A DNA stretch of 64,000 bases from Actinomycetes bacterium (GTDB taxonomy: Bacteria; Actinomycetota; Actinomycetes; JBOGEN01), in the NCBI GenBank assembly GCA_050743265.1, contig JBOGEN010000203.1, positions 16,907 through 80,906 of the forward strand, in the 5' to 3' direction. Of this stretch, positions 27,484-38,225 are shown piece after piece. The notes under the pieces are model-generated. The model was not told the origin of the DNA. It saw nothing but the letters and a program-made list of their open reading frames with translations, and made no database searches. Numbering within the stretch: the first letter of the stretch is position 1; each line of letters starts with the position of its first letter. The position numbers and the translations under genes were made by a program.

Positions 27484-28860
27484 TTGCCGTATGTTTCCCT
27501 CTTCGTCACGGCTTGCCGCCTCTCTCACGGTCGGGGCGTGCCCGGTGCCGCATCCGTGCCGCGTCTGCTATTGCCGTTGGAGGCGAGGTTGAGGGCCGTG
27601 GGGCTGCGCATACGAACCCTGGCGTCGGTCTGTGTCGTGGTCGGGGTCACCGCCCCGGCGGCCCTCGCCTCGCCGGCCGCGGACCGGGTGGCGGCCGTCG
27701 CGGCGGAGGAGCCGCGGGCGGTGTACGTGTCCACCTCCGGGGTGCCGCACTGGGACATCGCCGACGTGAAGAGCATCCGTGCCGGGCGGGGCTGGCACAC
27801 CGGCGACCCGAACTCGATCACCAGCTCGTGGCGGTCGTCGCTGAACACGGTGATGGCGCAGATCGCCTCCGAGAACCCAGACGCGGTGTTCCACACCGGG
27901 GACCAGGTGCAGGGCCGGTGGGGCGTCGACGTTGACCACACGGGCATCTTCGGCCACGTGGGCACCGAGGCGGAGAAGAAGGATGCCGTGCTCGCCGCGG
28001 GCAACGCGTACTACGGGGAGATGAAACGGTTCTGGTCGGCGCACGGGTTCACCCACGGCACCAACCTGTTCCCGGCGATGGGCGACCACGAGATCGGCGA
28101 CATGGGCCCGGGCGTCGACCACGTCAAGGTTCTCCCGCCCAGCGACTTCCGCTACCGCGCGTTCAATGACTGGAAGTACGCCTGGGCGCGCAACTACACC
28201 GCCTCGGGCACCAAGTACGCCTCCCGCCCGGTCGGCGCGCAGCAGGAGAGCACCGCCTACTCGGTGCGCCTCGGCCCGTTGCTGCTGATCACGGTCAACC
28301 CGTTCTGGAAATGGGACGACGGCATCCACGCCCGCATCGGCGGAGCCCAGCTCGACTGGCTCGACCAACAGATCGCCACCGCCCGGGCGAACGGTGTCGA
28401 CCACGTCCTGGTCCAGTCCGAGATCCCCGTCCTGGACCCCAACCGGGTCTCCGGCTCCTCCGAGCTGCTGCTCGAGGGCCGCCGCGACTCGGCGTTCTGG
28501 AAGACGCTGGTCCGAGACCAGGTCGACGTGCTGCTCGCCGCCGAGTTCCACGACATGACCACCTACTCGAACTCCGCGACCACCCCGGTGCAGGTCGTCC
28601 ACGGCGCCAACATGGGCAGCGCCCGGGCGAACTACCTGGTGATCCGCGTCTACGCCGACCGGCTCGAGCTCGAGCTCAAGCAGATGAGCGGCACCGTGAC
28701 GGACACCAACCGCCTCTGGCAGACCAGCACCCAACGGCCGCCCCGCGGCGTGCGCATGAACACCGGCGCCACCACGGTGGGAACGATGACCATCGACAAG
28801 ACCACCAACCCACCCACCCTGGCCAACCGCACCGGCTTCCTCCGCGAAGGCATCGAGTAG
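27484..28860 (+). CDS. secreted metallophosphoesterase (calcineurin-like / purple-acid-phosphatase-like)
   Basis: The metal-binding motifs are GDQVQGRW, GDHEIGD and AEFHDM. The likely real start is the GTG at 27598, which has GGAGGCGAGG upstream and gives a signal peptide LASVCVVVGVTAPAALA. Confidence 0.75.
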   Translation: MPYVSLFVTACRLSHGRGVPGAASVPRLLLPLEARLRAVGLRIRTLASVCVVVGVTAPAALASPAADRVAAVAAEEPRAVYVSTSGVPHWDIADVKSIRAGRGWHTGDPNSITSSWRSSLNTVMAQIASENPDAVFHTGDQVQGRWGVDVDHTGIFGHVGTEAEKKDAVLAAGNAYYGEMKRFWSAHGFTHGTNLFPAMGDHEIGDMGPGVDHVKVLPPSDFRYRAFNDWKYAWARNYTASGTKYASRPVGAQQESTAYSVRLGPLLLITVNPFWKWDDGIHARIGGAQLDWLDQQIATARANGVDHVLVQSEIPVLDPNRVSGSSELLLEGRRDSAFWKTLVRDQVDVLLAAEFHDMTTYSNSATTPVQVVHGANMGSARANYLVIRVYADRLELELKQMSGTVTDTNRLWQTSTQRPPRGVRMNTGATTVGTMTIDKTTNPPTLANRTGFLREGIE

Positions 28861-28962
28861 CAGGACGGCGAGCAGGCACAGGCGCGGAAGCGGCGGCCAC
28901 CAGCAGGGCACAGCGACCCCTGACAGCGTGTGGCGGGTCCTCCCGGGGCGGCCCGAGCGCCC

Positions 28963-30126
28963 TCACGGTCCCGTGACGGCCTGGTCCAGCGCGAGCCGGT
29001 AACCCCGTTTGACGACGGTCTGGACGACACGACCCCCGACCGCGCGGCGCAGGCGGTTCACCGCCATCTCCGCTGCGTGTGCGTCGGCGCCCGCCTTGCC
29101 GGGCAGGACGCGGAGCAGGTCCCTCCGCGACACCACGTGACCGGGGCGGGCCGCCAGGGCGCGGAGCACGGCCATGGGAGCCGGTGCCAGCGGGACGAGC
29201 CTCCCGTCGAGCACCACGGCGTGACCGCGGATCTCCAGCCGGTGCGCGCCCGCGGTGAGCACGTGCGCGCGTCGGGGGACCACCGCGCCGATCTCGCGGA
29301 CGAGCGCGCCGAGCCGCGACCGGACGGGCCTCACACTGGGCACGTCGACCGCTTCCAGAGGTGCGGCCGTGATCGGCCCGACGCACGCGGCGACGACGCC
29401 GGAACGCAGCGCGTCGAGGAAGCCCGCGTACGCGCCGGAGTTCGCGGCGACCCGGAGCACGCTCGACACCGCGGGCGCGCTGGTGAAGGAGACGACGTCC
29501 ACCTGACGGCTCGCCGTGAGGTCGACGAGCCGGCGCACCGCGCCCAGGTCGTCCGGGGGCACGCACCGGTACACGGGAACCGCGACCACGTCCGCACCGG
29601 CGTCACGCAGCGCGTCGACGAACCACCCCAGCGGCTCCCCGTGCAGCTGGACGACGACACGGCGACCGGCGAGGGGCTCCCCCAGCAGGCGGTGGAGCAC
29701 CTCCTCGGACGACTCCGACTCCGGCGACCACGTGTCCGCGAGCCCCGCGGCCCGGACGGCACCGCGCGCCTTCGGCCCGCGCGTGAGAAGGGTGGCCTCG
29801 TCGAGACGGCGACGCAGCGCCTCACCGACGCCCCACCCGTCCGCCGCCTCCATCCAGCCGCGGAACCCGATGCCCGTCGTCGCGACCCCGAGGTCCACCG
29901 GGACCTCGAGGCAGCGGTACGTGGACCGGCGCAGCTCGGTGTCGTCCTCGAGCGGGACGACCCGGATGGCCGGCGCGCCCACGACCCGGGCACCGCGGCG
30001 CTCGAGCATCGTGGTGAGCTCCTCGTGCCGACGCGCCGCGGTCACGGCCACGGTGTAGCCGGCCAGCGGTGGCACGTCGCCGACGGAGGGTGCCTGTGGC
30101 GCCGCCGTGGTCGCGGCCCTCGTCAT
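28963..30126 (-). CDS. uroporphyrinogen-III synthase (HemD) fused to a C-terminal OmpR/PhoB-type winged-helix DNA-binding domain
   Basis: The ATG overlaps the nirD stop in an ATGA arrangement. The HemD-like body contains LAGRRVVVQLHGEPLGWFVDAL. The C-terminus, GHVVSRRDLLRVLPGKAGADAHAAEMAVNRLRRAVGGRVVQTVVKRGYRL, is a trans_reg_C domain. Confidence 0.75.
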   Translation of the reverse strand: MTRAATTAAPQAPSVGDVPPLAGYTVAVTAARRHEELTTMLERRGARVVGAPAIRVVPLEDDTELRRSTYRCLEVPVDLGVATTGIGFRGWMEAADGWGVGEALRRRLDEATLLTRGPKARGAVRAAGLADTWSPESESSEEVLHRLLGEPLAGRRVVVQLHGEPLGWFVDALRDAGADVVAVPVYRCVPPDDLGAVRRLVDLTASRQVDVVSFTSAPAVSSVLRVAANSGAYAGFLDALRSGVVAACVGPITAAPLEAVDVPSVRPVRSRLGALVREIGAVVPRRAHVLTAGAHRLEIRGHAVVLDGRLVPLAPAPMAVLRALAARPGHVVSRRDLLRVLPGKAGADAHAAEMAVNRLRRAVGGRVVQTVVKRGYRLALDQAVTGP

Positions 30127-30542
30127 GACGCCCCCACCTCGACCCGCCCGTCCCTGACGCGGACCGCCCAGACGGGGACGGCGACGGCCGGATCGTCGAG
30201 GCACGCACCGGTCCGCAGGTCGTACACCTGCTTGTGCAACGGCGAGGCCAGCGTGGGCGCGCCGTCCCTCGTGCCGACAAGGCCGCGCGAGAGGACGTAC
30301 GCCCCGCCGAGCGGGTCGTAGTTGGATACCGCGTGGACGACCCCCCCGTCCGTGCGGACGACGGCCACCTGGCGGCCGCCCACCAGCGCGCACACGCCAC
30401 GCCCGGGCAGCAGGTCGGCGTACGCGCAGACGTCGGTCCACTGCACGACGCCGGGCCCCTGCACGGCGCCGGCCCGGTGCGGGACGTCGGTCTCCCGCCC
30501 GACGCCCGTCGAGCTCTCCGCGACAGTCCCTGTCGGGGTCAC
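30123..30542 (-). CDS. nirD: nitrite reductase [NAD(P)H] small (Rieske) subunit
   Basis: It shares a GTGA overlap with the nirB stop and a Rieske-like fold. It sits immediately downstream of nirB. Confidence 0.8.
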   Translation of the reverse strand: MTPTGTVAESSTGVGRETDVPHRAGAVQGPGVVQWTDVCAYADLLPGRGVCALVGGRQVAVVRTDGGVVHAVSNYDPLGGAYVLSRGLVGTRDGAPTLASPLHKQVYDLRTGACLDDPAVAVPVWAVRVRDGRVEVGAS

Positions 30543-33097
30543 GACCGCACCACCTCCAGCGTCGCGCCGGCGATGAGGGGCGCCGCGTCGCCCTCGGGCC
30601 GCTCGTCCTCGCGGGCGGGCCGCTTCTGCCCGCGCTCGGGGACGAACACGATGCTGCGGTCCTCCTCGTCCGGCGCGTTGACGAAGGACACGAAGCGGGC
30701 ACGCTTCTCCGGGTCCTCGAGGACGTCCCGCCACTCGTCGGTGTACCCGGCCACGTGGCGCGCCATCGCCTCGTCCAGGTCTGCGCAGAGGCCGAGCGAG
30801 TCGTCGACGATCACCGCCCGGAGGTGGTCGAGGCCGCCCTCCATCTCCTCGATCCAGCCGGCCGTGCGCTGCAGCCGGTCCGCGGTCCTGACGTAGAACA
30901 TGAGGAACCGGTCGACGTAGCGGACCAGTGTCTCCGTGTCGAGGTCCTGCACGAACAGCTCGGCGTGCCGGGGGCGGAACCCGCCGTTCCCGCCGACGTA
31001 GAGGTTCCAGCCGCTCTCGGTCGCGATGATCCCGAAGTCCTTGCTGCGGGCCTCGGCGCACTCGCGTGCGCAGCCGGACACCGCCGCCTTGATCTTGTGC
31101 GGAGAGCGTAGGCCGCGGTAGCGCAGCTCGAGGTCGATGGCCAGCGTCGTCGAGTCCTGGACGCCGTAGCGGCACCAGGTCGAGCCGACGCAGGACTTCA
31201 CCGTCCGCACCGCCTTGCCGTACGCGTGTCCGGACTCCAGCCCCGCGTCGACGAGCCGGCGCCAGATCGCGGGGAGCTGGTCCACCCTCGCGCCGAACAG
31301 GTCGATGCGCTGGCCCCCGGTGATCTTCGTGTAGAGCCCGAAGTCGCGGGCGACCTCGCCGATCACGATGAGCCGTTCGGGTGTGACCTCGCCGCCCGGG
31401 ACCCGGGGCACGACGGAGTACGTGCCGTTCCGCTGCAGGTTCGCGAGGAAGTGGTCGTTGGTGTCCTGGAGCGCGGCGTGCTCGCCGTCGAGCACGTGGC
31501 CCGAGCCCAGGCTGGCGAAGATGGAGGCGACGGCCGGCTTGCAGATGTCGCAGCCCCGGCCGGTCCCGTGCGCCTCGACGAGCCCGGAGAACGTCCGGAT
31601 GCCGGTCACGCTGACGATCTCGAACAGCTCGGCCCGGCTCATCGCGAAGTGCTCGCACAGGGCCTTGCTCACCTCGACACCGGTCTCGGCGAGCAGCTGC
31701 TTGAGCAGGGGGACGCAGGACCCGCACCCGGTGCCCGCCTTCGTGCAGGCCTTGACGCCGCCCACGTCGGTGAGGTTCTCGGTCCGGACGGCTTCCACGA
31801 TCTCGCCCTTGGACACCGCGTGGCAGGCGCAGACCTGGGCCGAGGCGGGCAGCGCGCACGGCCCCACGGTCGTGCCCCCGGCCGACCCGACGAGCAGCTC
31901 GTCAGGAGGCGCGGGCAGCTGCTCACCGACGAGCGGCCTGAGCGTCCCGTAGGCGGACGCGTCCCCGAGGAGGACGCCTCCCAGGAGCCGGGAGGCGTCG
32001 TCGGTGACGACGAGCTTCTTGTACACGCCCGCCACCTGGTCGGCCCATGCCAGCTCGAGCGCGCCCGGCGTGCTCGCGTGCGCGTCGCCGAAGCTCGCCA
32101 CGTCGACGCCGAGCAGCTTGAGCTTCGTCGACGAGTCGGCACCGGGGAAGGTCGCGGAGCCGCCGACGAGCCGGTCCGCCACGACCTCGGCCATGGCGTA
32201 CCCCGGCGCGACGAGCCCGTGGACGCGCCCGTCGAGGCAGGCGCACTCGCCCACGGCCCAGACGGCGGGGTCCTCCGTCCGGCACGTCTCGTCGACGACG
32301 ACGCCGCCGCGCTCGCCCACCGTGAGGCCGCTCTCCCGTGCCAGGTCGTCGCGCGGTCGCACTCCGGCGGAGAAGACGACGAGGTCGACGTCGAGGGACC
32401 CGCCGTCGGCGAGGACCATGCGCCCGGCCGAGCCGTCCAGCGCCGGCTCGACGCGCTCGGTCGCCGTCGCCGTGTGCACCGCGACCCCGAGGCCCTCGAC
32501 GTGTCGCCGCAGCGCCACGCCGCCGGACTCGTCGACCTGGACGGGCATGAGGCGTGGGGCGAACTCGACGACGTGGGTCTCGACGCCGAGGCCGCGCAGG
32601 GCGTCGGCAGCCTCGAGCCCGAGCAGGCCGCCGCCGACCACTGCGCCTCTCCGTGCGCCCCGGGCCCGCTCGCGGATCGCGTCGAGGTCCTCGATCGTCC
32701 GGTACACGAAGCAACCCGCCAGGTCGTGACCCGGGACGGGAGGCACGAACGGGTACGAGCCGGTGGCCAGCACGAGCGCGTCGTAGGTGAGGATGCCGCC
32801 CGTGTGGGTGGTCACGGTGCGCGCGTCCCGGTCGACCGCGTCCACACGCTCGCCGACGCGCTGCACGACCCGGTCGCCGTCGAACAGCCCGTCGGGGACG
32901 AGCGAGAGGTCCTCGGCCGTGGCACCGGTGAGGTACGAGGTGAGCGCCACCCTGTCGTACGCCGGCCTCGGCTCCTCACCGACGACCGTGACCCGCCACG
33001 TCTCCTCCGGGTCACGGAACCTCAGCGCCTCGACGAGCCGCTGGCCGACCATGCCGTGGCCGACGACGACGAGATGCCTCGAGCGGGCTGCGGTCAT
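30539..33097 (-). CDS. nirB: nitrite reductase [NAD(P)H] large subunit
   Basis: The protein is about 850 aa, with LVVVGHGMVGQ (FAD/NAD), the BFD-like CACHAVSKGEI..GTGCGSC, and a sirohaem/Fe-S nitrite-sulfite reductase domain. The ATG MTAARSRH has AGGAAGGAA upstream. The ORF-track TTG at 33121 is an alternative start. Confidence 0.9.
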   Translation of the reverse strand: MTAARSRHLVVVGHGMVGQRLVEALRFRDPEETWRVTVVGEEPRPAYDRVALTSYLTGATAEDLSLVPDGLFDGDRVVQRVGERVDAVDRDARTVTTHTGGILTYDALVLATGSYPFVPPVPGHDLAGCFVYRTIEDLDAIRERARGARRGAVVGGGLLGLEAADALRGLGVETHVVEFAPRLMPVQVDESGGVALRRHVEGLGVAVHTATATERVEPALDGSAGRMVLADGGSLDVDLVVFSAGVRPRDDLARESGLTVGERGGVVVDETCRTEDPAVWAVGECACLDGRVHGLVAPGYAMAEVVADRLVGGSATFPGADSSTKLKLLGVDVASFGDAHASTPGALELAWADQVAGVYKKLVVTDDASRLLGGVLLGDASAYGTLRPLVGEQLPAPPDELLVGSAGGTTVGPCALPASAQVCACHAVSKGEIVEAVRTENLTDVGGVKACTKAGTGCGSCVPLLKQLLAETGVEVSKALCEHFAMSRAELFEIVSVTGIRTFSGLVEAHGTGRGCDICKPAVASIFASLGSGHVLDGEHAALQDTNDHFLANLQRNGTYSVVPRVPGGEVTPERLIVIGEVARDFGLYTKITGGQRIDLFGARVDQLPAIWRRLVDAGLESGHAYGKAVRTVKSCVGSTWCRYGVQDSTTLAIDLELRYRGLRSPHKIKAAVSGCARECAEARSKDFGIIATESGWNLYVGGNGGFRPRHAELFVQDLDTETLVRYVDRFLMFYVRTADRLQRTAGWIEEMEGGLDHLRAVIVDDSLGLCADLDEAMARHVAGYTDEWRDVLEDPEKRARFVSFVNAPDEEDRSIVFVPERGQKRPAREDERPEGDAAPLIAGATLEVVRS

Positions 33098-33124
33098 GAG
33101 CGGTTCCTTCCTGGGAGGCAACGG

Positions 33125-34606
33125 TCATGCCGAGACCGCCTCGGGCCGGGCGCGCTCGGCCGGGGGGTCGGGGTCGGCGGACTCCAGCCAGGTGACGACC
33201 CCCTCGACGGCGTCGCGGCAGCCACCGCACCCGGTCGTGGCGCGGGTCGCGGCGGCGACGTCGTCGACGGTGCGCGCGCCGGACAGCCAGGAGTCGCGGA
33301 CGTCGGCCTTCGTGACGCCGTTGCACTGGCAGATCCGGGCGTCGGACGGCAGGTGCGCGGGCGACTCCACCACCGGGGTGGACGCGAGCCGCGGGAAGAG
33401 CAGGGTCCGCCGGTCCGCGGGGACCGGGGCGCCCCGGTCGTAGAGCTGGGTGAGCGTACCGACCGTGCCGGTCTCCCCGAGCAGGATCGCCCCGACGAGC
33501 CGGTCGTCCCTGACGACGAGCTTCTGGTACTTCCCCCGCGCCGAGTCGACGAACTGGACGACCTCCGCCGCGTCGTCGCACGGGTCCCCCAGGGACGCCA
33601 CCTCGACGCCCGCGGCCTTGAGCCGGGCGACGTGCCGGGACCCGCGGTAGCACGCCGTCGCGTCCGCACCGGTGACACGGTCCGCGACGACGACGGCCTG
33701 CTCCCAGGCGGGGGCGACGAGCCCGTACACCTGCCCGTCGTGTTGGGCGCAGTCCCCGAGCGCGTACACGTCGGGGTCGGTGACCGAGCGCAGGGCGTCG
33801 TCGACCACGACGCCACGGTCGACGTGCAGGCCTGCCTGCTCCGCCAGGGCCGTGTCGGGCCGTACGCCGCAGGCGACGACGAGCACGTCCGCCTCGACGA
33901 CCGTGCCGTCGTCGAGCACGACGCCGCGGACCCGGGCGTCCCCGCGCACGGCGACCACGCGCGCCCCGACGTGGGTCGTGACGCCGAGGGACTCGAGCGT
34001 GGACGCGAGCATGCCCGCCGCGGACGCGTCGAGCTGGCGTTCCATCAGGTGCGGCGCGGCGTGCAGTACCTCGACGTCGAGACCGCGGGCGACGAGGCCA
34101 CGCGCCGCCTCCACTCCGAGGAGGCCGCCGCCCAGCACCACGGCGCGGCGCGCGCCCGCCGCGGCGGCGGTGATCGTGCGGCAGTCCTGGAGGGTGCGGA
34201 AGACCGTGACACCTGGCAGCAGCTCGTCGGGCCCGTCGGGGGGGAACAGCCCGCTCAGTGGGGGCACCACAGCCTTGCTGCCGGTGGCGAGGACGAGGGT
34301 GTCGTACGGCGCACGGCCGCCGTCCGCGGTCAGCACCTCGCGTGCGTCGCGGTCGACCCGGGTGACGCGGGTGCCGGGGCGGACGGTGACACCGTTGCCC
34401 GCCCGCCCCGGCGTCGGGAGGTACACGTCCTCGACGGCTGCGTCCCCCGCGAGGACGGAGGAGAGCAGCACGCGGTTGTACGCGGCGTCCTGCTCGTCCC
34501 CGAGGACGGTCACCGAAAGGTCTGCTGCGGCCCGGCGGGCGATCTCGTCCGCGACGCGGGAGCCCGCCATCCCGTTGCCCACGACGACGACCGGTCGCGC
34601 CGTCAT
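33125..34606 (-). CDS. FAD-dependent pyridine-nucleotide oxidoreductase with BFD-like [2Fe-2S] domain (NasB-type electron-transfer subunit for assimilatory nitrate reductase)
   Basis: VVVVGNGMAGSRV is followed by a second Rossmann fold and then CQCNGVTKADV...GCGGC. The ATG overlaps the nasC stop. Confidence 0.8.
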   Translation of the reverse strand: MTARPVVVVGNGMAGSRVADEIARRAAADLSVTVLGDEQDAAYNRVLLSSVLAGDAAVEDVYLPTPGRAGNGVTVRPGTRVTRVDRDAREVLTADGGRAPYDTLVLATGSKAVVPPLSGLFPPDGPDELLPGVTVFRTLQDCRTITAAAAGARRAVVLGGGLLGVEAARGLVARGLDVEVLHAAPHLMERQLDASAAGMLASTLESLGVTTHVGARVVAVRGDARVRGVVLDDGTVVEADVLVVACGVRPDTALAEQAGLHVDRGVVVDDALRSVTDPDVYALGDCAQHDGQVYGLVAPAWEQAVVVADRVTGADATACYRGSRHVARLKAAGVEVASLGDPCDDAAEVVQFVDSARGKYQKLVVRDDRLVGAILLGETGTVGTLTQLYDRGAPVPADRRTLLFPRLASTPVVESPAHLPSDARICQCNGVTKADVRDSWLSGARTVDDVAAATRATTGCGGCRDAVEGVVTWLESADPDPPAERARPEAVSA

Positions 34607-36726
34607 CACGCGACCCTTTCCAGGCGGACGGCGCACACCTTGAACTCGGGCATGCGGGAGATCGGGTCCAGTGCGCGGCTCGTCACGAGGTTCGCCCGCT
34701 CGTCGGCCGGCCAGTGGAAGGGCAGGAACACGGTGTCGGCGCGCAGCGTGTCCCGGAGCCTCGCCGTCGCGAGCGTCCGCCCCCGGCGGCTCACCACCTG
34801 GACCACCTCCCCGTCGCTCACACCGACCCGGGTGGCGAGGTCGGGGTGGACCTCGACGAACATCTCCGGCGCATCGGCGAGCAACGTCGGAACGTACCGG
34901 GTCTGCGCCCCGCTCTGGTAGTGCGTGAGCACCCGCCCCGTCGTCGCGTACACGGGGTACGCCTCGTCGAGGTCCTCCGCCGGAGCACGGTGCTCCACCG
35001 GGACGAACCGGGCCCGGCCGTCCGGCGTGGCGAAGCGGTCGAGGAACATCCGCGGCGTCCCGGGGTGCGGCACGTCTCCCGGCCTGTCGGGGCAGGGCCA
35101 GAACACGCCTCCCTCCGACTCGACCCGCTCCCAGGTGATGCCGGAGTAGTCCGCCGGCCCTCCCTCGCTGGCGCGCCTCAGCTCGTCGAAGACCTCTCTC
35201 GGGTCAGGCGAGAACCGCTCCCCGTGGCCGAGGCGTGCGGCGAGCGCAGCGAGTATCTCCAGGTCGGTCCGTACGCCCTCGGGAGCGTCGAGGGCGCGGC
35301 GCCGCCGGATCACCCGGCCCTCGAGGTTGGTCAGCGTGCCCTCCTCCTCCGCCCACTGCGTCGTCGGCAGGACGACGTCGGCGCGTCGCGCGGTCTCCGA
35401 GGGCACGAGGTCGCTCACCACGAGCAGGTCGAGGGCGTCAAGACCCGCCTCCACCCGTGCCGAGTCCGGTGCGGACACGACGGGGTTGGTGCCGACGACG
35501 AGCAGGGCGCGGGGGCCGCCGTCCGTGCCGAGGGCCTCGAGCAGCTCGACCGCCGAGAGGCCCGGCCCGGGGAGCGCGTCGGGGGCCACGCCCCACACGC
35601 CGGCGACGTGGCGGCGGGCGTCCGGATCGTCGATGCGGCGGTACCCCGGGAGCTGGTCGGCCTTCTGGCCGTGCTCTCGACCGCCCTGGCCGTTGCCCTG
35701 TCCGGTGACGCACCCGTACCCGGAGCCGGGGCGGCCCGGCAGGCCGAGGGCCAGCGCGAGGTTGAGGAACGCGGACACGGTGTCGGTGCCCTTGCTGTGC
35801 TGCTCCGCCCCACGGGCGGTGAGCACCATCCCGCGTCCCGCCCCACCGAGCAGCCGGACGGCCTCCCGCTGCTGCGCGACGGGGACGCCGGTGATCCGCT
35901 CTACCCGCTCCGGCCAGTACGCGGCCACGACCCGCCGAACGTCGTCGAACTCACGGGTGCGGGACGCCACGTACGCCTCGTCCACGAACCTCTCGACGAG
36001 GGCGAGGTGCAGCAGGCCGTTCGCGAGGGCGAGGTCGGTCCCCGGCGTGGCCTGGAGGTGCAGGTCCGCCACCCGGGCGGTGGCGGTCTCCCGCGGGTCG
36101 ACGACGACGAGGCGCCCGCCACGTCGACGCATCGCGGTGACGTGGCGCATGAGCGGCGGCATCGTCTCGGCGAGGTTGCCCCCGGCGAGCAGGACGGCGT
36201 CGGCCTCGACGAGGTCGTCGAGCGGGAACGGGAGACCCCGGTCGGTGCCCAGCGCGCGGAGGCCTGCCGCGGCCGCCGAGGACATGCAGAAGCGGCCGTT
36301 GTAGTCGATGTTCCTGGTGCCGAGGGCGACACGGGCGAACTTGCCGAGCTGGTACGCCTTCTCGTTGGTGAGGCCACCTCCGCCGAGGACGGCCACGGCG
36401 TCCCGGCCGCTCTCGTCCTGGACACGGCGTACCTCGGTGGCGACACGGTCGAGCGCGGCGTCCCACGAGACCGGCTCGAGCGGCCCGCCGCGCGCCGCCC
36501 GCATCAGCGGGGTCGTGAGCCGTGCAGGGGCCGTGAGCAGCTCCGCCGCCGTCCAGCCCTTCTGGCACAGCCCGCCGCGGTTCGTCGGGAAGTCCCGCGG
36601 GGCGACGTCCACGGACCCCTCGGACGTCGTCCGAAGCGCCATGCCGCACTGCAGCGCGCAGTACGGGCAGTGCGTGCTGACCGGGGTCGTCATACGCGTC
36701 AGCGTGGTGGAGGTCCGTTTCGGCAA
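34606..36726 (-). CDS. assimilatory nitrate reductase catalytic subunit (molybdopterin oxidoreductase, NasA/NasC type)
   Basis: The N-terminal 4Fe-4S motif is HCPYCALQCGM, and molybdopterin oxidoreductase and molydopterin-dinucleotide-binding domains follow. The TTG start has GGGAGA 6 nt upstream. An alternative ATG lies 11 codons in. Confidence 0.85.
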   Translation of the reverse strand: MPKRTSTTLTRMTTPVSTHCPYCALQCGMALRTTSEGSVDVAPRDFPTNRGGLCQKGWTAAELLTAPARLTTPLMRAARGGPLEPVSWDAALDRVATEVRRVQDESGRDAVAVLGGGGLTNEKAYQLGKFARVALGTRNIDYNGRFCMSSAAAAGLRALGTDRGLPFPLDDLVEADAVLLAGGNLAETMPPLMRHVTAMRRRGGRLVVVDPRETATARVADLHLQATPGTDLALANGLLHLALVERFVDEAYVASRTREFDDVRRVVAAYWPERVERITGVPVAQQREAVRLLGGAGRGMVLTARGAEQHSKGTDTVSAFLNLALALGLPGRPGSGYGCVTGQGNGQGGREHGQKADQLPGYRRIDDPDARRHVAGVWGVAPDALPGPGLSAVELLEALGTDGGPRALLVVGTNPVVSAPDSARVEAGLDALDLLVVSDLVPSETARRADVVLPTTQWAEEEGTLTNLEGRVIRRRRALDAPEGVRTDLEILAALAARLGHGERFSPDPREVFDELRRASEGGPADYSGITWERVESEGGVFWPCPDRPGDVPHPGTPRMFLDRFATPDGRARFVPVEHRAPAEDLDEAYPVYATTGRVLTHYQSGAQTRYVPTLLADAPEMFVEVHPDLATRVGVSDGEVVQVVSRRGRTLATARLRDTLRADTVFLPFHWPADERANLVTSRALDPISRMPEFKVCAVRLERVA

Positions 36727-36809
36727 GAGTTCTCCCGTGTTACGCCGCCGTCAACGACGGTTCATCGCCGCGGCGGGTGGGCGGTGAGACCGGAGCCGTC
36801 GGGCCGGGC

Positions 36810-38225
36810 TCAGACGCGAGCCGAGGCGAGCCCCGGCACGCGCGTGGCGAGCACGCGCGTCCTGAGGTAGCACCACCACGTCACGCCGAGGGACAGGACG
36901 TAGAAGGCGAGGAAGGCGGTGAGCGCGGCGGTCACCTCCCCGGTCTGGGCGATCGAGAACCCGAAGGCCCGGGGGATGAAGAACCCGCCGATCGCCCCGA
37001 TCGCGGACGTGAACCCGAGCACGGCCGCGCTCTCGCGGCGGCTCCGCGTCAGCGCCAGCTCGCGATCGACGCTGGACCCCGAGGGCACACCCTCGAGTGC
37101 CTGCGCGCGGAAGATGGCCGGGATCATCCGGAACGTGGACCCGTTCCCGATGCCCGTCGTTACGAACAGCAGCAGGAAAGCCCCGAGGAAGGCGGCGAAG
37201 CTGTCCGTCCGCAGGGCCCAGGACACGGCGAGCACGCCCAGGCCCATGACCGCGAAGTTCCAGAACGTCACGCGGCTCCCCCCGAGCCGGTCGGAAAGCC
37301 AGCCGCCGAACGGTCGTGCCACCGACCCGACGAGCGCGCCGAGGAAGGCGTACCGCGCGACCTCGATCGCGGGGAACTGGGTGCTGATGAGCAGTGGGAA
37401 CGCGGCCGAGTAGCCGATGAACGACCCGAACGTGCCGAGGTAGAGGAAGGACATGACCCAGGTGTGACGCCGCCGTGTCACGACGACCTGGTCGCGGAAC
37501 GACGACCTGGCGGTGCTGAGGTTGTCCATGAACAGCCATGCGCCGATCACGGCGACCGCGATGAGGGGCATCCACATCAGGCCGGCGTAGGCCAGGTGGA
37601 TGCCGGCGCCGATGGCGATGACCGCGGGGACCGCGAGCTGGACGATGCTCACCCCGATGTTGCCCCCCGCCGCGTTCAGCCCCAGGGCGAACCCCTTGCG
37701 TCCCTCCGGGTAGAAGAACGAGATGTTGGCCATGCTCGAGGCGAAGTTGCCGCCTCCGACCCCGGCCGTCACCGCGGCGACGAGGAACATCCAGTACGGC
37801 GTGTCCGGCCGGCTCACGCAGGCGACGAGGAGCCCGGTAGGCAGGAGCAGGAGGAACGCACTGACCATCGTCCAGTTGCGCCCGCCGAACCTCGGGACGG
37901 CGAATGTGTACGGAAAGCGCATGAACGCGCCCACGAGGTTCGGCAGGGCGACGAGCCAGAACAGCTGGTCGACGGAGAAGTCGAAGCCGGCCGCCGGCAG
38001 GCTCACCGCCACGACGCTCCACAGCAGCCAGACGGAGAACCCGAGGTTCTCCGCGAGGATCGAGAAGGCGAGGTTGCGCCCGGCCACGCGGCGTCCTGTG
38101 CTCTCCCAGAACGCGGGGTCCTCGGGCGTCCACCTGTCGATCCATCGGCCTGGACGTCGCCTCAGGACATCCGCCTCGGCCACCTCGCCGGGCTCGGAAC
38201 GGTCGGCGTGCGTGGTGACGGTCAT
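36810..38225 (-). CDS. narK: NarK/NasA-type nitrate/nitrite MFS transporter
   Basis: It is a 12-TM MFS protein with NNP-family Gly-rich motifs. The ATG MTVTTHADR is preceded by GGGAGGTGG. The ORF-track start lies inside that RBS. Confidence 0.85.
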   Translation of the reverse strand: MTVTTHADRSEPGEVAEADVLRRRPGRWIDRWTPEDPAFWESTGRRVAGRNLAFSILAENLGFSVWLLWSVVAVSLPAAGFDFSVDQLFWLVALPNLVGAFMRFPYTFAVPRFGGRNWTMVSAFLLLLPTGLLVACVSRPDTPYWMFLVAAVTAGVGGGNFASSMANISFFYPEGRKGFALGLNAAGGNIGVSIVQLAVPAVIAIGAGIHLAYAGLMWMPLIAVAVIGAWLFMDNLSTARSSFRDQVVVTRRRHTWVMSFLYLGTFGSFIGYSAAFPLLISTQFPAIEVARYAFLGALVGSVARPFGGWLSDRLGGSRVTFWNFAVMGLGVLAVSWALRTDSFAAFLGAFLLLFVTTGIGNGSTFRMIPAIFRAQALEGVPSGSSVDRELALTRSRRESAAVLGFTSAIGAIGGFFIPRAFGFSIAQTGEVTAALTAFLAFYVLSLGVTWWCYLRTRVLATRVPGLASARV